This document shows positions 1 through 10,496 of a DNA stretch of 64,000 nucleotides, piece after piece; within the stretch, counting starts at the first letter, position 1; the number at the start of each line of letters is the position of its first letter. Origin of the DNA: an uncultured virus (IMG/VR IMGVR_UViG_3300042898_002817). Taxonomy: Duplodnaviria; Heunggongvirae; Uroviricota; Caudoviricetes. A model generated the notes under the pieces. It was not told the DNA's origin and did not search any database. It worked only from the letters and a program-made list of their open reading frames with translations. The position numbers were made by a program, and so were the translations under genes. The DNA lies in IMG/VR virus record IMGVR_UViG_3300042898_002817; one strand, given 5' to 3'.

Positions 1-476
1 TACATTGTGTCGGCATCGTCTTCATATGTTATTTCTTCACCATCATATGTCTTTAAATCAGACTCTAACGATGATAATAATGATGTAAATTCATTATTTG
101 TAGATCCTTCTGTAGAATCCGTATATCCTTGTTCCTTTTGATCCTTACGGTATTGATCTACTGCGTCCATTACATCATTCGCGTCTTTAATGGTCATGCC
201 CCAATTATCTTGCCCGTATAACTCACCTGTTGAATCAATGCTTAAACGTCCGCCATCTTCACCGGTCTTTTCGTCGTAAGATCCAAAATCGATTAATTTT
301 ATTCCTGTAATTCTGTTTCCGTCAGTTATCTTTGGGCCTAGGTTATTAGCTTTCAAAATAGCATAAACTGCTCTTAAATTAATATGTAATTCATTATTTG
401 AGGATCCTTCCGTTGAATCTGGATAACCATTGTTGTTTTGATCTGTATCTTCTAATAATGTTTTTAATTTTATCAT
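1..476 (-). CDS. MIKLK-leader hypothetical protein, 3' end runs off the window; putative head-internal protein
   Basis: Not in the ORF track. Hand translation from ATG at 476 (MIKLKTLLEDTDQNNNGYPDSTEGSSNNE...) stays open to base 1. Confidence 0.85.
   Translation of the reverse strand, partial: MIKLKTLLEDTDQNNNGYPDSTEGSSNNELHINLRAVYAILKANNLGPKITDGNRITGIKLIDFGSYDEKTGEDGGRLSIDSTGELYGQDNWGMTIKDANDVMDAVDQYRKDQKEQGYTDSTEGSTNNEFTSLLSSLESDLKTYDGEEITYEDDADTM
88..428 (-). repeat. Two ~41-bp imperfect direct repeats exactly 300 bp apart (88-128, 388-428) encoding GY(P/T)DSTEGS(S/T)NNE
   Basis: aattcattatttg(ta/ag)gatccttc(t/c)gt(a/t)gaatc is seen at both positions, in frame. Confidence 0.85.
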
Positions 477-483
477 GATGTTC

Positions 484-915
484 CTATTCTGGCGGATAAA
501 TTTTAAAAAATGAGTCAATATCATTTCTTAATTTATTTGCATCTTTAAAGTTTATTGAAATTTCAGATCTATTATCTATTTGATATCCGCGTGACTTCCA
601 CCAATTGATCATCTCTATTTGATTTTCTTTATCTTCAGTGTTAAATAAATCCATCCGTTCTTTAGGTAAGTTTGGAGAGGTTGATGCAAGTGCAAACCCG
701 TATTTACCTCGAGCAGATTTAGTAGTTCCCCAATTCAAACTTTGAGATGGGATACCATCAAAGTCCATAAATGTTAATATTCTTGGTGAATAAGAAAGAG
801 TTTTTAATTTAGAAACCAAATTAATCCAATCAGGATTGTTTCTACCAAGTTTTTCTGTATCTGGCATTTCTGCCTCTGTTAAATTTTTTGTGTATAAATC
901 TTTTAGTTTTATCAT
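484..915 (-). CDS. MIKLK-leader hypothetical protein
   Basis: 143-aa ORF starting MIKLKDLYTKNLTEA, with an ATATTTAT motif 14 nt upstream. Confidence 0.8.
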   Translation of the reverse strand: MIKLKDLYTKNLTEAEMPDTEKLGRNNPDWINLVSKLKTLSYSPRILTFMDFDGIPSQSLNWGTTKSARGKYGFALASTSPNLPKERMDLFNTEDKENQIEMINWWKSRGYQIDNRSEISINFKDANKLRNDIDSFFKIYPPE

Positions 916-939
916 GATGTTTTTTATATATAAATATTG

Positions 940-1323
940 TTACCACGTTATTTTCTTGAAGAATATCAAATCAATCACTCGATATCCTGCCTCGTCTGTA
1001 AGTATAAATGAATTTTGATAAATGCTCCAATCTAATTGATATGTTTTGTCTATTACGCCGTTATTAACTGCCTTTATAATTTGATTGAGTGCATTAACAG
1101 TATACAGTGTATTGGTTTCTTTTTTACGATGAATGCTTATTGTGTTTTGACCTCTGCGTGTTCCTGCATCTGCATTATATGTGCAATACAAATTATCTCC
1201 AGCATCAGCATTTGCAAACACAAATATTCGTTGTTCTGGTATAATGTAGCTTTGTTGTATGTAATCCGATACAATGTTTAAGTCTGATCTATGTGCAAAT
1301 GTGCAAAGTAATTGTGTTTTCAA
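940..1323 (-). CDS. Hypothetical phage protein
   Basis: 127-aa ORF with a TTG start preceded by AAGGA; fills the gap between neighbouring genes. Confidence 0.8.
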   Translation of the reverse strand: MKTQLLCTFAHRSDLNIVSDYIQQSYIIPEQRIFVFANADAGDNLYCTYNADAGTRRGQNTISIHRKKETNTLYTVNALNQIIKAVNNGVIDKTYQLDWSIYQNSFILTDEAGYRVIDLIFFKKITW

Positions 1324-1332
1324 TTCATGTCC

Positions 1333-2544
1333 TTATACTTCAAATTCGTCTGTTGATGGAGTTATATCTTTTTCTATAATACGTATCTTGCCGGCATCAG
1401 TTGCTGCATAGCGGACATCTTGTGTTACGTTTGTACGATCTCTACGGAATATGATAAACGTTACATCGTTGATAATAGTTGTAACTGCTTCTTGCATATC
1501 TTTATTTAAATCTAATGGATTTCTAACATATTTTAATCGTCGTAATTCTGTATTAACATATGTTAAATTTTGACTTGTATCTCGTATAGGGCGAATTACA
1601 AAAGAGTCGCCATTAGCATCACTAATAGGTTCAATTGACATTTCAATTGGAATTGCATTTGGACCTCTTAAAATTACATTGGTATAACCTTTAATTTCAG
1701 ATTGTAATTTATTTGCTTCTTGATAAAATTGTTCTAAATATTGCTTATCTTTTATACCTAAATTTCCGGCCAAAATAATATCTCTTCGTCGTTCTAAATA
1801 TTGAATTGCTACTAATAATGATTCTGGCAATAGATTATCTAAATCAAATTTAGGTGTTTCTATACCTCGCAATTGTGATAATCGTTGAAATGTTGTTGTA
1901 ATTTCATCCCAAAATCGGAATCTTGTTACTGTACCTTTTGTTCCTAAACGAATTGATGCATTAGGTTTATCTGGATTACTGTAATCTTTTACTTCATACT
2001 TTTTACCATTAACATTTAAATCATATGATACGGTGCCGCCTTGTATATATGAATCTCGAACAAGTGTTGCTAAAAGTATTTCGCCTTTTCCTAAGCCAGG
2101 TTTATGTAATCGAAATATTTCGCCGTAGATTCCTGATTTAAAATTAAATGAATTTAATAATTCTTCACTAACCTCGGTTTCAGAATATAATAAATTTGCA
2201 AATCGTTGCGATTGTTCATTTGATAAATTATTTAAAAATTGTAAAGTTACCATTTCAGCTTCTAACGGTAACAAACTTAAAAATTTTGTTAAATCTTCAA
2301 CTTTATTAACGTCACTTACTGCTTTTAGTAAAAGTTGATTTTCTATAGAATCTATTTTGATTGCTTCATTGATAGAATTAATAACAGTGCCTTTTGCTCG
2401 TTCTACAATTTGACGGGCTTCTGAAGGTGTTATTTTTGCAGTTTCAATTAAAACATCATATAATACTTCATAATCTTGTGCGCGAGTTGGATACCCGCTA
2501 GGTAATCTGTAACTCCATTCTGTTAATATTGAATCAATGGTCAT
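1333..2544 (-). CDS. Hypothetical protein with a possible PD-(D/E)xK nuclease core
   Basis: 403 aa; GKGE...YDL...KKYEVK resembles a restriction-like nuclease active site; N-terminal ILTEWSYRLPSGYP module. Confidence 0.5.
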   Translation of the reverse strand: MTIDSILTEWSYRLPSGYPTRAQDYEVLYDVLIETAKITPSEARQIVERAKGTVINSINEAIKIDSIENQLLLKAVSDVNKVEDLTKFLSLLPLEAEMVTLQFLNNLSNEQSQRFANLLYSETEVSEELLNSFNFKSGIYGEIFRLHKPGLGKGEILLATLVRDSYIQGGTVSYDLNVNGKKYEVKDYSNPDKPNASIRLGTKGTVTRFRFWDEITTTFQRLSQLRGIETPKFDLDNLLPESLLVAIQYLERRRDIILAGNLGIKDKQYLEQFYQEANKLQSEIKGYTNVILRGPNAIPIEMSIEPISDANGDSFVIRPIRDTSQNLTYVNTELRRLKYVRNPLDLNKDMQEAVTTIINDVTFIIFRRDRTNVTQDVRYAATDAGKIRIIEKDITPSTDEFEV

Positions 2545-3863
2545 AAAGATATTGTGTTTAATTTATTATAAATATTCCCACACTTCACTTTCGTGGGAAA
2601 GTTGCCTTGTTCTAACACATGTTTGATTTGAGGCAACAACGCTTTTGCTTCAGTTACTGGCACATCAAACAAAATACTGTCATACGTATATAAAATTATA
2701 ACCGTTTCATGGGTTGTTAATAATGATTGTACTTGTTGTATTTTTTGAACTGATACTTCTGTTTCAACGGCTTGCAAATAGTAATTAAACAATTTGTTTG
2801 CAGTCATATTTTTTACCATATCCTTGGTAATAGGTCGTTTCAATATGGGCGTGTCAATGCGTCCTTTTGCTTTCCATTTAGCCCAAAGATCATATACAAA
2901 TGCATTTACCTTTTCAAAAAATGGAATTGATAAAAATTCTGAGTCAATGCCTCCATACAGCAATCGAAATGTTATTTGTTTGCTTTCCGCACGTTGTTCT
3001 TCAGTTAGTTCCGGGACACCAAAATAAAATCGGCCTAAATAATCATGTATTGATGATGTCGGCAAATCATATCCAATCAATCGAGCAATCAATCTAACAT
3101 GATATGAATCAAAATCCATTTCAACTAATGCTCCATTTTCAAACCTGCTACAAAAGGCTGTTCTTGTGCCATCTTCTTTGTTCATTGCAGCAAAGTTAAA
3201 TCCTCGATATGCATTGCTAGGACGACCTGTCATTGTATAATAATTATACTGCGAATAAACTCGATCATTGTTAACTAGTTCTGGCATTCTAAACGTATCA
3301 TTAACTTGTAGGCCCGCACTTTCTATTTCTGCAAACGTTTCTGGGTATATTGAATTAAACTGTAAATATGATTGAGTTTGTTCTGCGTTTATACACATTG
3401 GCCAAGCATAGTGTCGTATTTTTTGACACATTTCTAAATGTTTTTGCAATGGCACAATTCCATTAACATGATTTAAATTTTGATGTCGTCTCCAATAAAA
3501 TTGATGCGTTGCTGTTGGATAATGTCCTTCATCATATGCTTCATTATATGTGTACCACCATAATGCCTTTACATCTAATACGGCCCGGTTACCTCCTATT
3601 TGAAGCCACTGCTTCTTGTCATGAACAAAGATATTCTCCAATTCTAAAAAAGCACTTACATGTTCAGGAAAGCCGCTTATCTGTTCAGTATGACGAATCG
3701 GAATCAATCTTTCTATATCCTCTTCTGTATAAATGTATATTGCACAAAGTGAATTGATTGATGCATGAAGTGTTGGGCTAGAAAATATTGGCACTAACAA
3801 AGCTTTGCAATTTTGCAAATATTTAAGTGTTGCCGCAATATCTTCTATACTATCCACTATCAT
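2541..3863 (-). CDS. polA: Compact family-A DNA polymerase
   Basis: TGRPSN, motif A (LVEMDFDSYHVRLI), motif B (RAESKQITFRLLYGG) and motif C (ILYTYDSILFD). Confidence 0.88.
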   Translation of the reverse strand: MIVDSIEDIAATLKYLQNCKALLVPIFSSPTLHASINSLCAIYIYTEEDIERLIPIRHTEQISGFPEHVSAFLELENIFVHDKKQWLQIGGNRAVLDVKALWWYTYNEAYDEGHYPTATHQFYWRRHQNLNHVNGIVPLQKHLEMCQKIRHYAWPMCINAEQTQSYLQFNSIYPETFAEIESAGLQVNDTFRMPELVNNDRVYSQYNYYTMTGRPSNAYRGFNFAAMNKEDGTRTAFCSRFENGALVEMDFDSYHVRLIARLIGYDLPTSSIHDYLGRFYFGVPELTEEQRAESKQITFRLLYGGIDSEFLSIPFFEKVNAFVYDLWAKWKAKGRIDTPILKRPITKDMVKNMTANKLFNYYLQAVETEVSVQKIQQVQSLLTTHETVIILYTYDSILFDVPVTEAKALLPQIKHVLEQGNFPTKVKCGNIYNKLNTISL

Positions 3864-3870
3864 TATGGAT

Positions 3871-3899
3871 ATAATAAGAAAAATTTGTTAGAAATCCAA
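3871..3899 (-). promoter_or_regulatory. Class-A promoter TTGGAT-N17-TATTAT (leaderless polA)
   Basis: -35 at 3894-3899, -10 at 3871-3876, ATG 7 nt downstream. Confidence 0.7.
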
Positions 3900-3900
3900 T

Positions 3901-4476
3901 TTAATTGGTAGAATTTATTGGCTTGTTAATATTTGTAGGAACTACATAGTTTGTGCTTGTATAATATTGTAATGGATCCGTTAAATGTTGAATTAATGTA
4001 GGCATAGTCTTTTGAGCCCGTATACTATTTACGTTAAATTTAGATACGTCTGCAATTGATCCTGCAATAAACCATTTAATTTGAATACCAATATACATGT
4101 TAGGATCAATTTTAGCGGATGACCAATCATCATATGATTTTTTTGTTGATTCAATAATTAATAATTCATTAATTTTTTTAAAAAAATATCGCAATATAAA
4201 TTTATTTTCAATATCCGAAGTTGTAATTACAACAGGAGCAGATGTTATAGTATCATACTTTGTTTTTATTGATTTAAGTTTTTGGTATTTATATTTGCTG
4301 CTAGCAATATCTTGAAATGCTACCAATTTCTTTGAAGTTATATTGTTATATACTGGTTCAGTATATATTTCTGTTTCAGAAGCTTTATGATATAATCCTT
4401 TATATTCTACTCCATTTATATACATTAATTCATTGCCAAATGTATATAAATTATTGTTTGAATCAAGTTGTGCCAT
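3901..4476 (-). CDS. Hypothetical protein at the end of the baseplate operon
   Basis: 191-aa ORF starting 8 nt after the stop of the hub-like gene. Confidence 0.75.
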   Translation of the reverse strand: MAQLDSNNNLYTFGNELMYINGVEYKGLYHKASETEIYTEPVYNNITSKKLVAFQDIASSKYKYQKLKSIKTKYDTITSAPVVITTSDIENKFILRYFFKKINELLIIESTKKSYDDWSSAKIDPNMYIGIQIKWFIAGSIADVSKFNVNSIRAQKTMPTLIQHLTDPLQYYTSTNYVVPTNINKPINSTN

Positions 4477-4484
4477 ATGTTATC

Positions 4485-6728
4485 CTATATTTTTGGACGC
4501 ATAAGACATCTAATTGCAGTTGTCCATTGCCCATCGGTTGCTACTGAATCTGTTTGTCCTACTACTAAAAATACACAATTTTCTTGATATCTTTTTGGCA
4601 ATCCTACAAACGATAAAACATCTCCATATTTAAATCCATTAATTCCGTCTATTGTAAATGATGCATCAAATGGTATTATAGGTGCTTTCGTTTGATTAGA
4701 TTCTTGAATTGTAGGCGTTGGGTATTGCAAATATTTTCTCATTGCTACTGCCATGGTACCACGTAACACCGGGTTTGTAGGATCAGCTAGAAAATTTTTG
4801 GTTGCTTTATTTAATTCTGTAATTGATAATTCATGAGTTTCTAGATATGCCTTATTAATATCATCCAATTGTTGTTGAGTAATCATTGTCCCAACTGATT
4901 CAGTTCCGTCCCCACGTTCTACCGTATTATTGCTATACATGTATGATAAAAATGGGGCTATATCTTTTTCACTTATTTCTTTAGGGTTTATACTAACTGC
5001 ATATGCTAATGATGATGCATCACTTGGTAATTTTCCACTAAATGAAAATTCGCGTATTACAGTACCATATGGATGATTTGAAAACATGGGCACAGAATAT
5101 GGAACAACGGGTTTAACATCAGGACCTTTAGGGACGCCTATATTAATATCATAATATAGCAATATATCTTTATCACGTAAATCTGGCTCTGCTGGCGTTA
5201 TTAGTTTTAAATCAATGGCGCCGGCGGTTGCAGCATGTATTTCGCTGCTTATGCCATCTAAAAATGTTTCAATTGAAAACGCGCTTTGTTTGTTTCCAGA
5301 TTTAAATCGCTCTTCAATAACTTTCAAGTTGACGTAAATCTGCGATGTTGCAATTTTTGTATCATTAATTTTTACATTGTCGCCTGATAAAATATCGCCG
5401 GTATGTTTTGTCGACGTCTCACCTTTGCTATCTAGTTCTGTATATAATACATGCATCCAGCCGTTTTCATGACGATGCCGATATGCTCCTGGTTTATTAA
5501 TATTTTCTATTAAGATATTAGTAGTTGGAATTAATATTCGCTGTGGATCAACAGAAAATAAATATTTAAAATATGTACTGGTACAAATTTCATTGCACAC
5601 TATACTTTTATTTGGGGTCTTATTTGTTGTAGATTTTAATTTAGCATCAATGATTGTATTAATATAGGCAATTAAATAATACAATGCAATATATGTTTGC
5701 GGTTCACATGGAGTTGTATTTGTTGGAGCTGATATAAGGCCTGGGGTAAAATATGGACTTGCAAGATCTGCCGCAACTTTAGTTTTTAAATTTTGATAAA
5801 AATCTTTAAATATTGGGTTGGCTGTTTCGCCTTTTTCGTTTGCTTCTCGTTCTTTTTTATCAGCCTCAATTTTTGCAGCCCTAGCTGCTTTTTCTTCAGC
5901 TGTTTCCTGTTCCGGATTACCTATACCGTCCGGTGATTTTTTTTTGCTTTCATCTGCAGTTATTAATGATAATTCGTTTATTTGAGTTGCGCCACCACGT
6001 AATTCTATAATAGATGTGACAGACATATCTGTCTCGTATTGCATTGTAAATGTTGTTATTACTCCGTCAAATCTTTTAGAATTTAATTGTCCATACTGAT
6101 CAAGATAATCTTTAGGATCCATTTTATATAGATCTCGTAATGCAGTAGCAGTAGGGTTTGATCCTGAAGTTAATAGTCCATTATGTTCATTAATTGCAAC
6201 CAACGCAGTTGTTGGATGTTCTATTATAATTGTGCAATTGCGTCCTGGACGAAAATATACTGATTCAATAAAATTTAAATCTCGTTCTGGGTTTGGTATT
6301 GTTATATTAACTGTTGCGGTATTTAATAGTCCATTACTATTATCTGCTATATTAATTTCGCAGGCAGTTATAAATGGTGGTATTCTTCTAGATATATTAG
6401 ATATGTTTGTAGAAGCCTCATCAAATCCAGTGCCTTCGGCATTTACAGTTCTTGTTTTTTGTATTATAGCTCGATCAGATAAATAACCATTTTTACCGGT
6501 AGGCATATATTCTCCACCTCGCATTGCAGCGCCACCTAATGATGCATTGGCAATTTCTTTAGTTTTTGTTTCGTCAGTATATGGCGTAATATATACATTT
6601 GCAATTTTTTCAAGCATGAATTGCAAATCTTTGTTTGTTTTTGAACTAAATCCTGCTTTACCTCGTGCATTTAACTCGAGTTGCAAATTAGCATCAACTT
6701 GTGAATAAAAAATATCTCCGCCGCTCAT
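4485..6728 (-). CDS. Putative baseplate hub protein (gp27/late-control-D-like)
   Basis: 747 aa; follows tape measure, tube initiator and LysM-like genes; C-terminal GINGFKYGD...GQWTTAI is typical of hub/GPD-like proteins. Confidence 0.55.
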   Translation of the reverse strand: MSGGDIFYSQVDANLQLELNARGKAGFSSKTNKDLQFMLEKIANVYITPYTDETKTKEIANASLGGAAMRGGEYMPTGKNGYLSDRAIIQKTRTVNAEGTGFDEASTNISNISRRIPPFITACEINIADNSNGLLNTATVNITIPNPERDLNFIESVYFRPGRNCTIIIEHPTTALVAINEHNGLLTSGSNPTATALRDLYKMDPKDYLDQYGQLNSKRFDGVITTFTMQYETDMSVTSIIELRGGATQINELSLITADESKKKSPDGIGNPEQETAEEKAARAAKIEADKKEREANEKGETANPIFKDFYQNLKTKVAADLASPYFTPGLISAPTNTTPCEPQTYIALYYLIAYINTIIDAKLKSTTNKTPNKSIVCNEICTSTYFKYLFSVDPQRILIPTTNILIENINKPGAYRHRHENGWMHVLYTELDSKGETSTKHTGDILSGDNVKINDTKIATSQIYVNLKVIEERFKSGNKQSAFSIETFLDGISSEIHAATAGAIDLKLITPAEPDLRDKDILLYYDINIGVPKGPDVKPVVPYSVPMFSNHPYGTVIREFSFSGKLPSDASSLAYAVSINPKEISEKDIAPFLSYMYSNNTVERGDGTESVGTMITQQQLDDINKAYLETHELSITELNKATKNFLADPTNPVLRGTMAVAMRKYLQYPTPTIQESNQTKAPIIPFDASFTIDGINGFKYGDVLSFVGLPKRYQENCVFLVVGQTDSVATDGQWTTAIRCLMRPKI

Positions 6729-7019
6729 TTATCTGTTTCGATTAATGTTTAAAACTGCATCTCGTATACTGGTTGCGTTTGGTATTCGCAATGATGTGTT
6801 TCTAGGAATTATGTAGCTTCCTTTGCCTAGACCATTAGCTGCAGCAATTACCCACCATAAACTGCTATCTTCATAAAATTTTTGTGCTAATTTATCAAGA
6901 CGTTCAATTGATGTGGTTGTAATAAATATATCAGATTCTGTATTAATAACAGGATATATGGTTGATTCAAATCTTCGATTTAAATTTTCATCTCTAAGTA
7001 TTGTTTGTGTTGTTCTCAT
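6729..7019 (-). CDS. LysM-like baseplate protein (T4 gp53 / P2 gpX-like)
   Basis: ERLDKLAQKFYEDSSLWWVIAAAN...SLRIP motif. Confidence 0.8.
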   Translation of the reverse strand: MRTTQTILRDENLNRRFESTIYPVINTESDIFITTTSIERLDKLAQKFYEDSSLWWVIAAANGLGKGSYIIPRNTSLRIPNATSIRDAVLNINRNR

Positions 7020-7054
7020 AGTCTAGTTTCCTAAAGGTATTTTACTTATATTAT

Positions 7055-8452
7055 CTAAGTCTTCTTTGATTTGTCGCTGTCTTTATCCGTATGTTTATCT
7101 CTCCAGGCTGCTACTTCTGTTTCAGTCCAAGTTGCTTGATTATCAAATTCTGATAGCCAATTGTCATTACCAGGTTTTGGTATTGCCTCTTTGTCAAATG
7201 TCTTGGCCAATGTATAGAATTTTCCGCCTTTTTGTGGTAAATAATCCATTATTGGTGTAATACCCATAGAAACTCCAATTTTATGTGGTGTTTGCATCAT
7301 GGTTGGGTCATCTTCAAAATTTATTTCCCATGTTGTATCACTATCATGCAATGTATATCCTAGACTAGTTAAAATTACAGGCTGTTGCACAAATAGGTCT
7401 CCTATTGTCATTCGCATCCATGGCGCTCGCATTGCTATCGAGTCTTTGACATATTCTGGAGCAGTATATCCAGCTAATGCATTTAATTTGCGATATATAG
7501 GTTTTAATTCATCTCGGCTTGTTGCATACACCGTAAAATCTAAATTCATATCTCTACTAAATCCAGTATAATGATAATTTGGGTCTGCTCTACCAATCAT
7601 TGTTTGTGAGCTCCAACCTGGAGTAAATGTATCACTTAAACTATTAATGATTGCACGAAATACTATAACATCATCTTTTATGTCTTTATCATCTTTTGTT
7701 AGGCCTGCATGCAATTTAGGACCGGTGAAATAGAATTTTATAAAATCTTGAGTATTATTTATTAATGCACCAAGTGCGGTATCTTCTAGAACCGTGCTAG
7801 GTCGCCATTTGTATATGTTTTGTTTGTTACGTTGTCCAAAATCTATTACTGAAACTTTGTCTCCGCGGAATGGCGTTATAACCGATAATGGGTTTGTTGT
7901 CGGCGCCCAGGCTCCTTTTTTTATTGTTCCTGTTTTTGGTCCTGTTTCACCTACGGCTTCTGGATTCCATCTAGTTGCTATATGAGACTGTGCTGTATAA
8001 TCATTTCGTAATGCATATACATTGCCATGGTCACCCCAACCATAACCAGATTTGCCTGCTCCATTTAAATTGAATACACTGTATGTTCCTAGTGTTGATA
8101 TGTTCAATCCGGCAATTATACCGGCCTTAAGACTTTTGCGTGTGGCTGCAGACGTTCCATCTATGCGCATTGTAATAGATTGTGCACCAAATCCTTTTCT
8201 TAATCTAAGATCCGGAGTTTCGATACCAGCAAAAATGCCGTTACGATTTGCTGATGCTAATGGTGGGACTGCATATGCAAAATATGGTGAAAATTTGGTA
8301 GTTGAGCCTATTATACTTGCTCCAATTTGTGCTATTTGTGGTACTCCAGCAATTGATGCTACACTGTTTAAAGCGGCACCGGTAATTAATTGACCTATAT
8401 TGCTGTCAGTTATGTTTGTTGATCTTTCGTTGGATTTTACAAAAAACGCCAT
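7055..8452 (-). CDS. Putative tail tube initiator / baseplate protein (gp48/gp54-like)
   Basis: Tube-fold motif W...IGRADP.Y.YTGFSR.MNLDF; directly after the tape measure with a TAATG overlap. Confidence 0.6.
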   Translation of the reverse strand: MAFFVKSNERSTNITDSNIGQLITGAALNSVASIAGVPQIAQIGASIIGSTTKFSPYFAYAVPPLASANRNGIFAGIETPDLRLRKGFGAQSITMRIDGTSAATRKSLKAGIIAGLNISTLGTYSVFNLNGAGKSGYGWGDHGNVYALRNDYTAQSHIATRWNPEAVGETGPKTGTIKKGAWAPTTNPLSVITPFRGDKVSVIDFGQRNKQNIYKWRPSTVLEDTALGALINNTQDFIKFYFTGPKLHAGLTKDDKDIKDDVIVFRAIINSLSDTFTPGWSSQTMIGRADPNYHYTGFSRDMNLDFTVYATSRDELKPIYRKLNALAGYTAPEYVKDSIAMRAPWMRMTIGDLFVQQPVILTSLGYTLHDSDTTWEINFEDDPTMMQTPHKIGVSMGITPIMDYLPQKGGKFYTLAKTFDKEAIPKPGNDNWLSEFDNQATWTETEVAAWRDKHTDKDSDKSKKT

Positions 8453-10452
8453 TAGTATTTCTTTCCGTTAAATAATAAATCTGGTTTAACTGTGGCTACA
8501 AATGTTGCAGACTTCATGGCTGATACAATGGCTGACGCCATTTGATTGTAATCAATGCTTGCTCCTCCGCCTGTTGTTATTGCTCGAGCCAGCTTTTTAT
8601 TGCCATCAACGTTGGTTCCTGCTATCATGGTTGAGTCAGACACTTTCATGAATTTATCTGCTTTATTGAATTGTACTACACCGTCATTCATAAGTAATGC
8701 ATCGTTATGAGTTCCGGCCTTTTTAGCAAGAACTGTTTGAGGCTCCGTTACTGTACCTCCTATAATAGATACTGTAGAAAGATCTTCTATTGCTTTTGTT
8801 AATCCTGCTGAAGCTTTATCTAATCCAGGTATACCTTTTGTAAGTGAGTTTAATGCAGTTGACATTGGCGTTAGTGCTCCTCCTATAGCTCCTGCTTGAC
8901 CTAAAATAGTTGCTAGTCTCGGGTCATTAAACATTGTAATTAACTTGTCATATGATTTAGCTAACGTAAGTGATTCTGTTGATGCAGTGGCTACAATTGT
9001 GCTGGCTTTACCTGTTGTCCCCATTTGCTTTTGTGTTAGGCTTTGTAAGGTATAGGATTCAATTTTTGCTAAATGATCGTTTGCGGTTTGCTCAGTGGAA
9101 CGATTGTCCATGGCACCTCTTAACGCCTCTATTTGGGTTTTGTCAGCGCCGCTGTCAGCTAGCTGTTTGTATACGGTTTCCATGTCGCCATTGGCCATTT
9201 CAACTAAATTAGTTGCGCCTAGGCTGTTTAATAATTTTTGTTTTTGTATGCTTTTTGATAATGCAGCTTCGTCTATACCAAATAACTCGGCAGCTTTTTC
9301 ACGGGCGTACATGTTATTTTCTAAAGTGTCGCCTTGATCTTCTAGGAATCTACTCATTAATTGGGCTTGCTTTAATCCATCCCCTTTAATAGTTGCCATT
9401 CTATATTCATTTGTTAAGCTAGTGCCTTGTTCCGTAAGCAGTCGTTGACCTGATATTAATTGGTATTCTAATTCTTGGCCAATTGATTGTTCTATATTTA
9501 AAAATGCTTTGCCGGTTTTATGGAGTTGCTCCATTGACATACCCAATTTTTTTGCATACTGAGTTGCTTTTGCTAGCCCTGCAGGATATCGACTGTATTG
9601 CATTTGAGTGTCTGCAGATAATTCTGCAATATCAGTTATAATATCTTTTTGCATTTGTAACGGATCAACGCCAGCAAACGCTCCGGTGTTGGCCATTTGT
9701 TCAGCAATTTTTTTTATTCCTACAAGATTGTCAGCTGATGTCATTTTTAATCCTGCTGAAAATGATTCAAATGCTTGGGCTTCTTGTTCAGAAATACCTA
9801 GTTGATTTTGCATGATGGTTTGGCCTGCTAACATTTTTTCGCCCACTGATAACACGCTTTCTTCAGTTGATTTTGCCATGGTATTTACATTAATAAATCC
9901 GCGGGCTAAACCATCCAATGATCCTGCATAACTTGCAAGTTTTTCATCACCGATGCCTAAGGTAGTTGCTTGACCTCTTAATGCATGCATAAAATCGGCA
10001 GCTGATTCTCTATTTAAATTAAATGTGGTTGCTAAACCTCGGTTTGATTCTTCAAGATATGTATTGGCTTTTACTTGTGTTTTGATTCCATCAGAATATT
10101 TTCGCTGTTGGGCAATTATTATACCTAGGCCTCTAGAAAATCCCATGGTAGCACCGGTGCTGTTACTTACAACGGTACCTATTTCTTTCATCAAAGTTTT
10201 TAAACTTGGAAGTGCTTCTTTAAGCGCTTTCATTTGATTAGAAACAAGCTGTGTGGCGTTGGTTAAGCCGGTCATTGAGTTAGCTGTTTTGAGGCTAGCT
10301 GCTGATAATTCATTAAACCTAGTTGTGGTTTTGCCCGCAACTTCAGCTGCATTAATATTACTATCTATTGTATCTTTTGGATCTGGTGGATCGGCCATAC
10401 CAATACGTGCATGTTGTTTTAGCTGATATATTAAATTTGCATGCTTATTCAT
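8452..10452 (-). CDS. Tape measure protein
   Basis: 666 aa, Ala/Leu/Gln-rich helical composition; lies downstream of the tube and chaperone pair. Confidence 0.75.
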   Translation of the reverse strand: MNKHANLIYQLKQHARIGMADPPDPKDTIDSNINAAEVAGKTTTRFNELSAASLKTANSMTGLTNATQLVSNQMKALKEALPSLKTLMKEIGTVVSNSTGATMGFSRGLGIIIAQQRKYSDGIKTQVKANTYLEESNRGLATTFNLNRESAADFMHALRGQATTLGIGDEKLASYAGSLDGLARGFINVNTMAKSTEESVLSVGEKMLAGQTIMQNQLGISEQEAQAFESFSAGLKMTSADNLVGIKKIAEQMANTGAFAGVDPLQMQKDIITDIAELSADTQMQYSRYPAGLAKATQYAKKLGMSMEQLHKTGKAFLNIEQSIGQELEYQLISGQRLLTEQGTSLTNEYRMATIKGDGLKQAQLMSRFLEDQGDTLENNMYAREKAAELFGIDEAALSKSIQKQKLLNSLGATNLVEMANGDMETVYKQLADSGADKTQIEALRGAMDNRSTEQTANDHLAKIESYTLQSLTQKQMGTTGKASTIVATASTESLTLAKSYDKLITMFNDPRLATILGQAGAIGGALTPMSTALNSLTKGIPGLDKASAGLTKAIEDLSTVSIIGGTVTEPQTVLAKKAGTHNDALLMNDGVVQFNKADKFMKVSDSTMIAGTNVDGNKKLARAITTGGGASIDYNQMASAIVSAMKSATFVATVKPDLLFNGKKY

Positions 10453-10496
10453 ATCGCCTTTATAAATAAATATTCAATCAATTTATTTATGTTGTA

